Below the pieces are notes generated by a model. It saw only the letters and a program-made list of their open reading frames with translations. It was not told the DNA's origin and did no database searches. The position numbers were made by a program, and so were the translations under genes. From a virus (Duplodnaviria > Caudoviricetes), in the IMG/VR virus record IMGVR_UViG_3300043416_000189, positions 1 through 36,876 of that record: a DNA stretch of 36,876 nt. One strand, 5' to 3'. This document shows positions 18,046 through 26,674 of this stretch, one piece after another; within the stretch, counting starts at the first letter, position 1, and the number at the start of each line of letters is the position of its first letter.

Positions 18046-18053
18046 AGGCCAAG
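18028..18053 (+). repeat. Tandem duplication (CAAGTAAAGGC)x2 plus CAAG, spanning the stop codon
   Basis: Seen directly in the sequence. Confidence 0.85.
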
Positions 18054-18099
18054 CAATCACCCCCAAAACACACAAAACCAACATCAACACAAAATAAAT

Positions 18100-18558
18100 A
18101 TGCCAACATACACACAATCAGAACCCCGCGAGACCTACTTCGTTGAGCCGGGCAAATACCAAGTCGAAATCACCAAAGGGATCGAGAAGAACAGCCAGGC
18201 TGGAAATCCCATGATCAAGCTGACCTGCCGCGTCAAACTAGCAGACGGAACAGACGGGCCGGAGATCGCAGAACACCTGACTTTCACAGCCAAGGCGGCG
18301 TGGAAGATCGACCAAGTGCGCCAAGCACTCGGGCAGGCGGTTATCCCAGGTGAAGACGTTAGCATCGAGGCGGAGGACTTCGTAGGAATGTCCGCATGGG
18401 TTATCTTGGGAGAAGAACCCGGCAGCACAAATCCGAGCATGCGATTTAATACCATTGAGCGTTGGATTCAATCCAAGCAACCCGCTAAGGCCGCAGTGAA
18501 GGCCGCAGTTAATCCAACACTCACAAAAGACGCAGACGGCGACGATATCCCGTTTTGA
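18100..18558 (+). CDS. Single-stranded DNA-binding protein (DUF669-like)
   Basis: PGKY...SQAGNPMIKL and an acidic DDIPF C-terminus. Confidence 0.8.
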   Translation: MPTYTQSEPRETYFVEPGKYQVEITKGIEKNSQAGNPMIKLTCRVKLADGTDGPEIAEHLTFTAKAAWKIDQVRQALGQAVIPGEDVSIEAEDFVGMSAWVILGEEPGSTNPSMRFNTIERWIQSKQPAKAAVKAAVNPTLTKDADGDDIPF

Positions 18559-18603
18559 CCTAACCGCAGCGACCGGGGCGCGACGCGATACGCGTAATTT
18601 TTT

Positions 18604-19107
18604 ATGAGTATAATTTCAGAGTCGGAAAACATTGCCACAATGACAATAAATCATTACGAACGCATTTTGCGCGAGCGAGACGAGGCGCGGGAGATTATCG
18701 CCGCTGCACTCAAATCCTTACCTGTCGGATACATCCCAGCGCATACCCCCGAAAGCATCCCCGAGCGCATTGCAGATTTGTGCAAGGCCGTAGTCGATGC
18801 AGATTGCGAACGCGACGAGGCGAGAACAACCATCGAAGACGCAAAACGAGCATTAAATGCAACCAATTACGAAGGAATTTTATTGGCGGCACTGCGAGTT
18901 AAAGAAGAGCGAGACGAGGCGCGGGAACTGCTGGCAAGTGAGAAAATCACACGCGACCATGTAATCAAACGCGGAATTGAGATGCAGAAAGAGCGCGACG
19001 AGGCGAGGGAGGTAGCGCAGCAGATGACGGAGTCAAATCACGTGCTGATGGCGGATACTCGATTTTATCGAAACGCATGGGAGCAACTCAAGGAGGAAAC
19101 AAAATGA
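18604..19107 (+). CDS. Coiled-coil protein with four ERDEAR repeats
   Basis: ERDEAR occurs four times, separated by unrelated segments. Confidence 0.75.
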   Translation: MSIISESENIATMTINHYERILRERDEAREIIAAALKSLPVGYIPAHTPESIPERIADLCKAVVDADCERDEARTTIEDAKRALNATNYEGILLAALRVKEERDEARELLASEKITRDHVIKRGIEMQKERDEAREVAQQMTESNHVLMADTRFYRNAWEQLKEETK

Positions 19108-19126
19108 GCGAGACGCCAAAGACAAA

Positions 19127-19321
19127 ATGACGCCTGAAATCACACTCAGGCTCGCAATATGCGCGAACGGTTGCCCAGTCGGCCCGCGCCTGGAGCGAGG
19201 CGAGAAGATGCCAGCCTATCAACACACCTACGCATTGGAAGAGCGTGACAAGGCCGAGGTTGACCTTGAAAAAATTAAGAACTACATACAAAAGCACCAC
19301 CTACAAAAATACAAAAAATGA
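19127..19321 (+). CDS. Hypothetical protein
   Basis: 64 aa with an ATGA overlap. Confidence 0.6.
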   Translation: MTPEITLRLAICANGCPVGPRLERGEKMPAYQHTYALEERDKAEVDLEKIKNYIQKHHLQKYKK

Positions 19322-19578
19322 CTACTGAAGAAAAACTAGACAACGAAATCATGTTCACGCGAAGCGTGCTCTGCGGAATGATCCGCCAGGCCGTAATCGA
19401 CGCGCAAAATGACCGAGAATACCTGAGTCTCGACAATAAGAACGGACGCGAAAGCAACCAACGAAGCGCAATGCAATTCCTAAATTCTGAATTTTACCGC
19501 CATCTGTGCGAGGCTCTCGGCAATGCTTCGGGAATCGGACTCCCGCATGACCGCATCCGGTTGGAGGCTATGAAATGA
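19318..19578 (+). CDS. Small helical hypothetical protein (possible regulator)
   Basis: 86 aa, GMIRQAVIDA...AMQFLNSEFYRHLCEALG. Confidence 0.6.
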   Translation: MTTEEKLDNEIMFTRSVLCGMIRQAVIDAQNDREYLSLDNKNGRESNQRSAMQFLNSEFYRHLCEALGNASGIGLPHDRIRLEAMK

Positions 19579-20030
19579 GCGAATGGATTAAAGTCGAACA
19601 TCACCTTCACGAAAAAGTGGAGGTTGCGGCCATTGCTGATCTGACCGGATTAGACGCCGATACGGTGGTCGGAAAGCTCATAAAAGTGTGGTCGTGGGCG
19701 TCACGGAATTGTCACGGTGACGGCGTGACAGGAATTGCATCATTGCGAATCATCCGCGAAATCACGCACTGCGAGACGTTCGATGAAGCGATGGCAATTT
19801 GCGGTTGGATCACGATAAAAGGTGACAAAGTAAGCTTCTCAAACTTTGACCGACACAACAGTCAAACCGCTAAAGAAAGGGCACTTGCAACGCAGAGAAA
19901 GTGGAAGCAACGCGGTCACGGCGATGTCACGAAAATGTCACGCTCAGAGCGTGACAAAAACGGGACTAGAAGAGAAGATAATATAAGGGGTGCAAAGCAC
20001 CCCGAACCAGAACCGCAACGTTGCTTGTAA
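19575..20030 (+). CDS. Replication initiator (lambda O-like/replisome organiser)
   Basis: MSEWIKV...VGKLIKVWSWA N-terminus, internal iteron-like repeats, and position directly upstream of DnaB. Confidence 0.7.
   Translation: MSEWIKVEHHLHEKVEVAAIADLTGLDADTVVGKLIKVWSWASRNCHGDGVTGIASLRIIREITHCETFDEAMAICGWITIKGDKVSFSNFDRHNSQTAKERALATQRKWKQRGHGDVTKMSRSERDKNGTRREDNIRGAKHPEPEPQRCL
19700..19990. promoter_or_regulatory. Putative replication origin: TGTCACG-N7-CGTGACA iterons
   Basis: Inverted pairs at 19710-19730 and 19936-19956 (the second is a perfect 10-1-10 palindrome), extra GTCACG half-sites, then an A-rich tract. Confidence 0.6.
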
Positions 20031-20036
20031 AATCTC

Positions 20037-21302
20037 ATGCCTACCTACACTTCACAAAAAGCCGAGATTATCCAAATGCCCCCAGCTATCCCGAGAAACG
20101 ACACAGCGGAGCGTGTCGCGCTCTCGTGCATCGTCCAACATCTTTCGACTCTTGATCTGGCAACATGGCCGGACGACCTTTTCTTCAGCCCAGCCAACAA
20201 ACTCATCCTGGCATCGGCCAAAGCCTGCCACGAATCGGGAGCGCCTTCGGACGCCCTGAGCATAATCGCTCACATGGAAACCTGCGGGACGCTCGCGAAT
20301 GCGGGCGGAGCCGAGGGAATTATGGACGTGCTAACCGCGTATCCGGTCGGTGACCCGAAAACCGCTCTCTGGTATCGAGACCAACTGATGACAGCAGCCC
20401 GATACAGGAAGGCTCAGGATTGCGCCAGCAGGGCCGCCATCGAGTTTCGGACGATGGAAGGCGACATTGCCGCGCTCTCGGGTGAACTCGCTGAAATTTC
20501 GGCAATGGTGGACCGCCCGAGAAAAACACTAAAAGAAACGATGAGCGAGTTCATCGCCGAAATCGAAAGCACGGAGCCGGTCGAAGCGTTCTCGACCCGC
20601 CTTGCGTCGCTGGACGGTATAACCGGCGGCGGGCCGAAGCGTGGCGAGCTATTCGTCGTAGCAGCCGAGACAAGTGGCGGCAAATCGATAATTTTGCAAC
20701 AAGTCGCGCTCGACGCGGCGGAAAAACTCAAATATGTGCTCGTATTCTCGCTCGAAATGCCAGCGAAGCAGGTGTTCGGGCGTATGCTCTCAAATTTCAC
20801 CGGCCACCGGATCAAGGCGGCAGCGCAAGGCCTACTCTCCGAGGATATGAGGCGTATGCAACAGGGAATCGCTCATTTCAGCAAAATGAACCTCCGCATC
20901 GAATCGGATGTCACGGACTGGGAGGCTATCGAATCGGCTGCACGCGAAGCACACGGCAAGGGCCAACTCGACGTTTTAATCGTCGATTACATCCAGCTCG
21001 TACACCTTCGAGCACTCGGAAAAAATGAAACGCGCGAACAGCACGTGAGCGAGATCACACGCCGATTGAAGGCTCTTGCCCTCCAGCTCAACATCTGCGT
21101 CGGCACAGCCAGCCAGCTTAACGACGAAGGCCGGTTGCGCGAATCCCGCGCGATCTCGCACCATTCGGATCACGTCTGGATTCTCGCAAATGGTGACAAG
21201 GGCAAAGTTCTGCGGATCGACAAGAACCGAAACGGCGAGCGTGACAAGGCTGTGCCAGTCATCATGCACGGGCACATCGCGAGGTTCGAAGAGTGCCAAT
21301 AA
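20037..21302 (+). CDS. dnaB: Replicative DNA helicase, DnaB family
   Basis: AERVAL N-domain, Walker A AAETSGGKS, FSLEM, IVDYIQL, SQLN, LRESRAI and KNRNG. Confidence 0.92.
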   Translation: MPTYTSQKAEIIQMPPAIPRNDTAERVALSCIVQHLSTLDLATWPDDLFFSPANKLILASAKACHESGAPSDALSIIAHMETCGTLANAGGAEGIMDVLTAYPVGDPKTALWYRDQLMTAARYRKAQDCASRAAIEFRTMEGDIAALSGELAEISAMVDRPRKTLKETMSEFIAEIESTEPVEAFSTRLASLDGITGGGPKRGELFVVAAETSGGKSIILQQVALDAAEKLKYVLVFSLEMPAKQVFGRMLSNFTGHRIKAAAQGLLSEDMRRMQQGIAHFSKMNLRIESDVTDWEAIESAAREAHGKGQLDVLIVDYIQLVHLRALGKNETREQHVSEITRRLKALALQLNICVGTASQLNDEGRLRESRAISHHSDHVWILANGDKGKVLRIDKNRNGERDKAVPVIMHGHIARFEECQ

Positions 21303-21356
21303 AAAAACCCTTCGCGAAAAAATATCTTCCCGCATACCTTCCGAAAAAACATAAAT

Positions 21357-21788
21357 ATGAACGAACCGCGTGACGCCGCAGAATATGACGAAGCCAGCTA
21401 CGAGGTGGATTTTGTGTCCCTTTGCGATGCTGACTCACTCAAGGGGATTCGCCTATTCCCGACAGAGCCATCAATGTCAGCATACCGCGAGGCCAGTGAG
21501 AGGATGATGGGGACGTTAAACACTTTCATCACATTCTTATCCGAGCACGGATACGGCAAAAGCAAAACCCTTTGGGGAATCGCCTACGCTCTCGGGCATC
21601 CGCTCACAGCGGGCATGTCCATGCTCGAAGCCGCGCGTTACCTGGGATGCACGAAACAGGCGATCAGCAAGATCGCGTGTGACTTTCTGACCGAGACGGG
21701 GCTGCCTCCCTCATCGGCACTTAAAAGCGAAGAGGCAAAATCAACCTACAAAATAACAAATGGAAATCGTAAATACACTCACGCTTGA
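21357..21788 (+). CDS. HTH protein resembling sigma region 4 (candidate late transcription regulator)
   Basis: GMSMLEAARYLGCTKQAISKIA, located at the end of the replication module. Confidence 0.55.
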   Translation: MNEPRDAAEYDEASYEVDFVSLCDADSLKGIRLFPTEPSMSAYREASERMMGTLNTFITFLSEHGYGKSKTLWGIAYALGHPLTAGMSMLEAARYLGCTKQAISKIACDFLTETGLPPSSALKSEEAKSTYKITNGNRKYTHA

Positions 21789-22284
21789 GTCCATCGAGTC
21801 TCGGGCACGCGAACAATACGCCCTAGCCCTCCGCCACGCAGTCGACGCAAAGGCATCCGCACGCGAGGCCGTCCTATCAATGGCAGACTGCGGGCAGATG
21901 CTACTCATGGGGCGCGAACACGTCAGGGGGCCCAAGGGTGAATGGATCGTGGGTCTTGGCATTCCGCTGCAGGATGCAGAGAAGGCCGTCTTCCTCGCTC
22001 GCAACCGTGACCAACTTGAGCTTGACCTTTGGCCGCAAGACGTCGCAAAGGTCGGTGCGCAGTTTATCGGGATGCTTCCCCCTCCCGGCTCATCGAATCG
22101 CGCTACAGACGATCCTGAGCGAAGCACGGGCGTGCCTAGTGGGTGGTTTACTCATGCCAATAAACTTCAGCGCGGATTGGCTGACTTGTTTGCATCGCGA
22201 CCCGTTACGGCGTGGCGTGAGGATGAGCGGGCCAACGTCAAACTCTCGCTAAAGCCGATTGTCGAACTTTACAACACATTGTGA
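21760..22284 (+). CDS. Hypothetical protein
   Basis: 174-aa ORF overlapping the previous gene. Confidence 0.7.
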   Translation: MEIVNTLTLESIESRAREQYALALRHAVDAKASAREAVLSMADCGQMLLMGREHVRGPKGEWIVGLGIPLQDAEKAVFLARNRDQLELDLWPQDVAKVGAQFIGMLPPPGSSNRATDDPERSTGVPSGWFTHANKLQRGLADLFASRPVTAWREDERANVKLSLKPIVELYNTL

Positions 22285-22305
22285 CCTATTGCCCTGCACA
22301 AGCAC

Positions 22306-22398
22306 TAGGCAAAATTTTCCTAGGGGTAGGAGACTCCTACCCAAAACCTCAGGCCGGTGGGAACCAAACTCTCGCAACTCTCCTATGAATAGGCAAAA
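22306..22398. other. Candidate cos/packaging site
   Basis: Perfect palindrome GGGTAGGAG-A-CTCCTACCC (22324-22342) flanked by two TAGGCAAAA (22306, 22390), in the non-coding gap upstream of the packaging genes. Confidence 0.45.
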
Positions 22399-22431
22399 AA
22401 TGCCGAGTTATAAAAAATTCACAAAAACACT

Positions 22432-22947
22432 ATGAAAATCGAACAAATCCCGACCGAAAAACTTATCCCCTACGCACGCAATGCCAAGAAGCACGACGCC
22501 GCGCAGGTCTCAAAACTAGCCGGCAGCATCCGTGAGTTCGGTTTCAACAATCCAGTGCTCATCGACAAAGACAACGGCATCATCGCCGGGCACGGTCGCG
22601 TGATGGCTGCGCAAAAATTGGAGCTGAAGGAAGTTCCCTGCATCCGCCTCGGACACCTCACGGACACGCAACGCCGCGCATACATTCTTGCAGATAACCG
22701 ACTCGCGGAGATCGGCGGTGGGTGGGACGAGGAGTTGCTAGGGCTGGAGCTTGCGGATTTGCGCGAGTTGGATTTTAACTTAGACCTCATGGGATTTGAT
22801 AATAGTGCTATCGAGGCAGCATTGAATCCGCCTGAGCCTGAAGAAAATTACCCTGACTCATCTTCAAAAGAAATTGACGTAGACGGAATGCAAATGGAAT
22901 GCGCCTGTCCAAAATGTGGATTTGAATTTGATCCAAAGAAGCCATGA
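22432..22947 (+). CDS. ParB/Srx N-terminal domain protein with C-terminal CPKC motif
   Basis: LIPYARNAKKH, SIREFGFNNP, IIAGHGR, ILADNR and CPKCGFEF. Confidence 0.88.
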   Translation: MKIEQIPTEKLIPYARNAKKHDAAQVSKLAGSIREFGFNNPVLIDKDNGIIAGHGRVMAAQKLELKEVPCIRLGHLTDTQRRAYILADNRLAEIGGGWDEELLGLELADLRELDFNLDLMGFDNSAIEAALNPPEPEENYPDSSSKEIDVDGMQMECACPKCGFEFDPKKP

Positions 22948-23969
22948 ATAAACCAGAATGCGCATGGATGCTTGCTGACCTGAAGGCAGTTCCGCAGAAC
23001 GGAATCAAAGTCATGTCGACTTTTGCTTGCGGTGGCGGAAGCTCAATGGGCTACAAGCGCGCCGGTTGCCAGATCGTAGCAGCAAACGACATTGACCCTG
23101 AGATGGCGTGGCACTACAAGAAGAACCTAAACCCGCCAAACTACTTCCTATGTCCGATCCGCGACTTGCCGCCAGAGCTTTTCGCCTTAGACATCCTTGA
23201 CGGATCGCCGCCGTGCTCGACGTTCAGCATGGCGGGAAGCCGGGAAAAGGCATGGGGCAAGGACAAACATTTCCGAGAGGGACAGGCGAAGCAGGTGCTT
23301 TCTGATTTGTTCTTTGACTACCTCGACCTCGTCGAGCGGTTGAAACCGAAAGTTGCCATTGCTGAGAACGTCAAGGGCATGATCCTCGGAAACGCCAAAG
23401 GTTACACGAAGATGGTCATGGCTCGGTTCAGGGAGATCGGCTACCGCCCGCAGCTTTTCCTTCTGAACGGCGCGGACTGTGGAGTGCCGCAGCGCAGGGA
23501 GCGGGTGTTCTTCGTGGCGATCCGTGATGACATCAAAGCCGCACCTCTGAAGCTCGCGCCAACGCATCGGTGGATTTCAGCCGGTGAGGCCACGGCGGAT
23601 TTGCAGGTGCTGACGGCGGAGGAGAAGGTGGATACAAAAGCGGACGACCATTATAAAAAATACTGGTCAAACACAATTCCAGGAGCTGTTTCAACAAACG
23701 GAAAAGGAAAGAAAGGTGTATTTTATGGTGTTAGACTGTCAAACAAAGAGACATCAAGAACGCTTGTATCAAGAACTACATATCACCACTGGGAGTTATT
23801 CAGGCAGCTCACCTTCCGAGAATGGAAACGCCTCGGCAGCTTTCCTGACGATTACGAAGCCAAGACCGACAAGATCGGAAAATACATGATCGGCATGAGC
23901 GTGCCGCCGAAGATGACGGAGCAAGTTGCACGCGCTGTAATTGATCAATGGCTACAACCTAAACCATGA
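22944..23969 (+). CDS. DNA (cytosine-5) methyltransferase
   Basis: Motif I FACGGG, IV GSPPC, VI ENV, VIII PQRRER, IX R.LT.RE..RL.SFPD and X IGMSVPP. Confidence 0.92.
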   Translation: MNKPECAWMLADLKAVPQNGIKVMSTFACGGGSSMGYKRAGCQIVAANDIDPEMAWHYKKNLNPPNYFLCPIRDLPPELFALDILDGSPPCSTFSMAGSREKAWGKDKHFREGQAKQVLSDLFFDYLDLVERLKPKVAIAENVKGMILGNAKGYTKMVMARFREIGYRPQLFLLNGADCGVPQRRERVFFVAIRDDIKAAPLKLAPTHRWISAGEATADLQVLTAEEKVDTKADDHYKKYWSNTIPGAVSTNGKGKKGVFYGVRLSNKETSRTLVSRTTYHHWELFRQLTFREWKRLGSFPDDYEAKTDKIGKYMIGMSVPPKMTEQVARAVIDQWLQPKP

Positions 23970-24550
23970 GCGCGAAGAAAACACCACCGCCGCAACCGGC
24001 ATCCGATCTCCAGGGGAAGATCCGCGAAGCCGAGTTTAAAAACATCCTGCAAAAGCTGAAGGACGGCAAGACGCTGACGGCGCGAGAGTCGAAGATCGCG
24101 GCAGAGTTTGCGGAGCAGCGGGACGGAAAAAAGAAACTGACACAGGCCGAGCTTGCGGAGCTGTGGGGCATGACACAGCCGAACATCCACAAAATGGTAA
24201 AGCAAGGAATGCCGATGGACAGCGTGGAATCGGCGACCGCCTGGCGCAAAAAGTTTTTGGAAGAGCGCACACCGGCAGACTACAACGAAGCGCGGACGAA
24301 GAAGGCTCTACTCGAATGCGAGAAGCTGGAAATGCAACTTGCAATCTTGAAGGGCGACTACGAGCCGAAAGCTCAAGTCCGCGAAGACGGCATCCGTATC
24401 GGGGCCGTATTCACCGCCAAGCTGGCTGCGCTTGTGAACGACGCGAGCGGGGCGCTGGCGGGGCTCGACGAAGTGACGCTGAGGAAGAAGCTTCACGAGC
24501 GCACGCAGCAGATCCTATCGGAAATCAAAGACGAACTCGAAAAAACATGA
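23966..24550 (+). CDS. Terminase small subunit (Nu1-like)
   Basis: HTH LTQAELAELWGMTQPNIHKMVKQGMP plus a coiled coil, upstream of TerL. Confidence 0.75.
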   Translation: MSAKKTPPPQPASDLQGKIREAEFKNILQKLKDGKTLTARESKIAAEFAEQRDGKKKLTQAELAELWGMTQPNIHKMVKQGMPMDSVESATAWRKKFLEERTPADYNEARTKKALLECEKLEMQLAILKGDYEPKAQVREDGIRIGAVFTAKLAALVNDASGALAGLDEVTLRKKLHERTQQILSEIKDELEKT

Positions 24551-24765
24551 CTCGCTCGCAACTCTGGAAAATATACGTCAAGCGCAATCCTTCATTCGAC
24601 GGCAACGGCAACGTCACGATGACCGCGCGGGGGCTGCGGAAGATGTTTGAGACGACGTGGGACGTGGCTTATTTTGACGGAGAAATTGAGTCGGATGGAC
24701 CATATCGTCGGGATCAACCAAATAGTCAGGTTGAGGCTCTGAAATCAATGTTCGGAATGAAATGA
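24547..24765 (+). CDS. Hypothetical protein
   Basis: ATG 24547 (MTRSQLWKIYVKRNP...), with ATGA overlaps on both sides. Confidence 0.65.
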   Translation: MTRSQLWKIYVKRNPSFDGNGNVTMTARGLRKMFETTWDVAYFDGEIESDGPYRRDQPNSQVEALKSMFGMK

Positions 24766-26492
24766 GCGGATCGAAATGCGCAGGCACAGCCGAGGGCATC
24801 AAGCTCGCCTATGACGGGACAATTCTCGACTGGGCCGAGGCGCATGTTCGCTTTCCGAACTCGGACCGCGCGAGCCGGTTTGACCGCACGGTCGCGCCTT
24901 GGATGAATGACGTGTTGCTTGCCGTTACGGATGACGAAGCCACGCAAGTCTTTCTCCGCGCGAGTACCGGCGCGGGCAAGACGACGATGATGGAAACCCT
25001 TGCGTGCTTCATCGTCGCACAGAAGCCGGGTCCGACTTTGTTTGTCGGGCAGACTGACGACATGGTAAAGGACTGGACGGAATCGCGATTGCTGCCGATT
25101 TTCAGGGAGTGCGAACCCGTCCGCGCTTTATTCCCAGAAGACCGGCACGCATTGCGCAAGACCACGATATTCTTTCCGCACATGGTCTTGTTCGCGGGTG
25201 GCGCGAACATGACGAACCTCCAGGAAAAATCCATGCGCTACTGCATCGGCGATGAGGTCTGGCGTTGGAAAGACGGAATGATTAAGGAACTCAAAGCCCG
25301 GCATCACGACCGCTGGAATCGCAAGACGTTTCTCTGCTCGCAGGGCGGCGGCAGCACGGATGAAATGGAACACGAGTGGGACAGCGGCACGCGTGAAGTA
25401 TGGGGCTGGACGTGCCCGCATTGCAAGACGTGGCAGCGGTACACATTCGACGCGATCAAATTTGAGCAACCGAAGAACGCAGCGGGCGAGATGCTATGGG
25501 ACGGAGTTCAAGACTCGGTGCGGATGGAGTGCGAGCACTGCAAAACGCAATTTCCCGACACCGCTGCAGTGCGGCGTGGGCTATCGACCGGCGCGAGCTT
25601 CCGCGCACTCAACCCGAACCCTGTTCGCGGGCATCGCTCGTTCGAGGTGCCAGCCTACGGAGTCTGGTGGATTCCGTGGTTTTCGATTGTGAAAGAGTTC
25701 CTCGAAGCCAGCGAAGCCAAGGGCAACGGCAACCTGGAACCTCTGAAACAATTCATCCAGAAGCGCAAGGCGCAGACTTGGCAAGAGGAGATCGTTTCCG
25801 ACCTTCCGGAGATTACCGCCGGAGATTATTCGAAACTTGATTTTCTCGACGGGCAGAAGATCGACGGGGAGCACCGGCGCTTTCTTTGCGTGGACAAACA
25901 GCGCGACCACTTCTGGTATGTCATCCGCGCCTTCCGTGCGGATGGATCGTCCATGCTATTATCCGAGGGCAAAATCCTGACGTGGGAGACCATCGAATCG
26001 CTCGGGCTTCAGTACAACGTGCCCGGGCGGAGCGTAGTGATTGACGCCGGTTACGACACGCCGCTTGTTTACGAGCGTTGCGCGCGCAACGGTTGGACCG
26101 CATCGCACGGATCGGGGCAGGATGGGTTCTCGCATGTGGACGGCAACGGGCGGCGTGTGAAAAAGTTTGTTTCCAAGATCGAAACGGCAGTCGCTGGATC
26201 GGACAACCTTCGCGCGTTCTATTTTTTTCACAGCAACGAAAAGATCAAAGACAAGTTGGCCGCAATCCGCCAACCGGACGCAATGCCGAAGTGGGAAACT
26301 CCGCGTGATGCGTCCACCGACTACCGCTCGCAGATGGTGAGCGAGATGAAAAAGGACATCGTGAACTCTAAGACGAAGCAGGTTGAGTCGCGCTGGGTGC
26401 GGATCGGCGGGAGACCAAACCATCTATTCGACTGCGAGTGCATCGCGCTTGCGTCCGCTATGCTCGCGGGAGTTTTGCCGATTGGGGAGTGA
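24762..26492 (+). CDS. Terminase large subunit, lambda GpA family
   Basis: ASTGAGKT, IGDE, CPHC/CEHC, CVDKQ, VIDAGY and PNHLFDCE. Confidence 0.9.
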   Translation: MSGSKCAGTAEGIKLAYDGTILDWAEAHVRFPNSDRASRFDRTVAPWMNDVLLAVTDDEATQVFLRASTGAGKTTMMETLACFIVAQKPGPTLFVGQTDDMVKDWTESRLLPIFRECEPVRALFPEDRHALRKTTIFFPHMVLFAGGANMTNLQEKSMRYCIGDEVWRWKDGMIKELKARHHDRWNRKTFLCSQGGGSTDEMEHEWDSGTREVWGWTCPHCKTWQRYTFDAIKFEQPKNAAGEMLWDGVQDSVRMECEHCKTQFPDTAAVRRGLSTGASFRALNPNPVRGHRSFEVPAYGVWWIPWFSIVKEFLEASEAKGNGNLEPLKQFIQKRKAQTWQEEIVSDLPEITAGDYSKLDFLDGQKIDGEHRRFLCVDKQRDHFWYVIRAFRADGSSMLLSEGKILTWETIESLGLQYNVPGRSVVIDAGYDTPLVYERCARNGWTASHGSGQDGFSHVDGNGRRVKKFVSKIETAVAGSDNLRAFYFFHSNEKIKDKLAAIRQPDAMPKWETPRDASTDYRSQMVSEMKKDIVNSKTKQVESRWVRIGGRPNHLFDCECIALASAMLAGVLPIGE

Positions 26493-26521
26493 ACATTTTC
26501 GTGGCGTCAGGAAAATGATCG

Positions 26522-26558
26522 CGTCCGCAGAGCTAGTGTTCATGCGGCTCTGCGGGCG
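26522..26558. terminator. GC-rich hairpin after TerL
   Basis: CGTCCGCAGAGC-13 nt-GCTCTGCGGGCG. It is followed by an A run rather than a U run, so the function is uncertain. Confidence 0.35.
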
Positions 26559-26592
26559 GCAAAAAATAATTTCATTTTCTTGAAAATAATTG

Positions 26593-26621
26593 TTTACAAA
26601 AAATCAAATGCGTGAGATAGT
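26593..26621 (+). promoter_or_regulatory. Sigma70-like promoter for the ligase cassette
   Basis: TTTACA-17 nt-GATAGT with an extended-10 TG and an AT-rich UP-like tract. Confidence 0.55.
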
Positions 26622-26674
26622 CATTCCAGATCGAAGCCACCACGGCGGAGACAAAAACAAAAAACCAAAACAAT

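Noticed and set aside
18028-18510. Short tandem duplications (11 bp at 18028; 12 bp near 18487 encoding KAAVKAAV) as a functional array
   Set aside because: Only two copies each, with unrelated units, consistent with replication slippage.
18560-18603. GC-rich intergenic stretch after SSB as a structured ncRNA
   Set aside because: It shows only a short ACGCG-ATA-CGCGT stem before a T run. At most a weak terminator, and too little to call.
22432-23969. C5-MTase plus glycosyltransferases as a DNA hypermodification (glycosyl-5hmC) pathway
   Set aside because: No TET/JBP dioxygenase or hydroxymethylase was recognised, and the GTs are far from the MTase, within capsid genes. Not fully excluded without nucleoside analysis.
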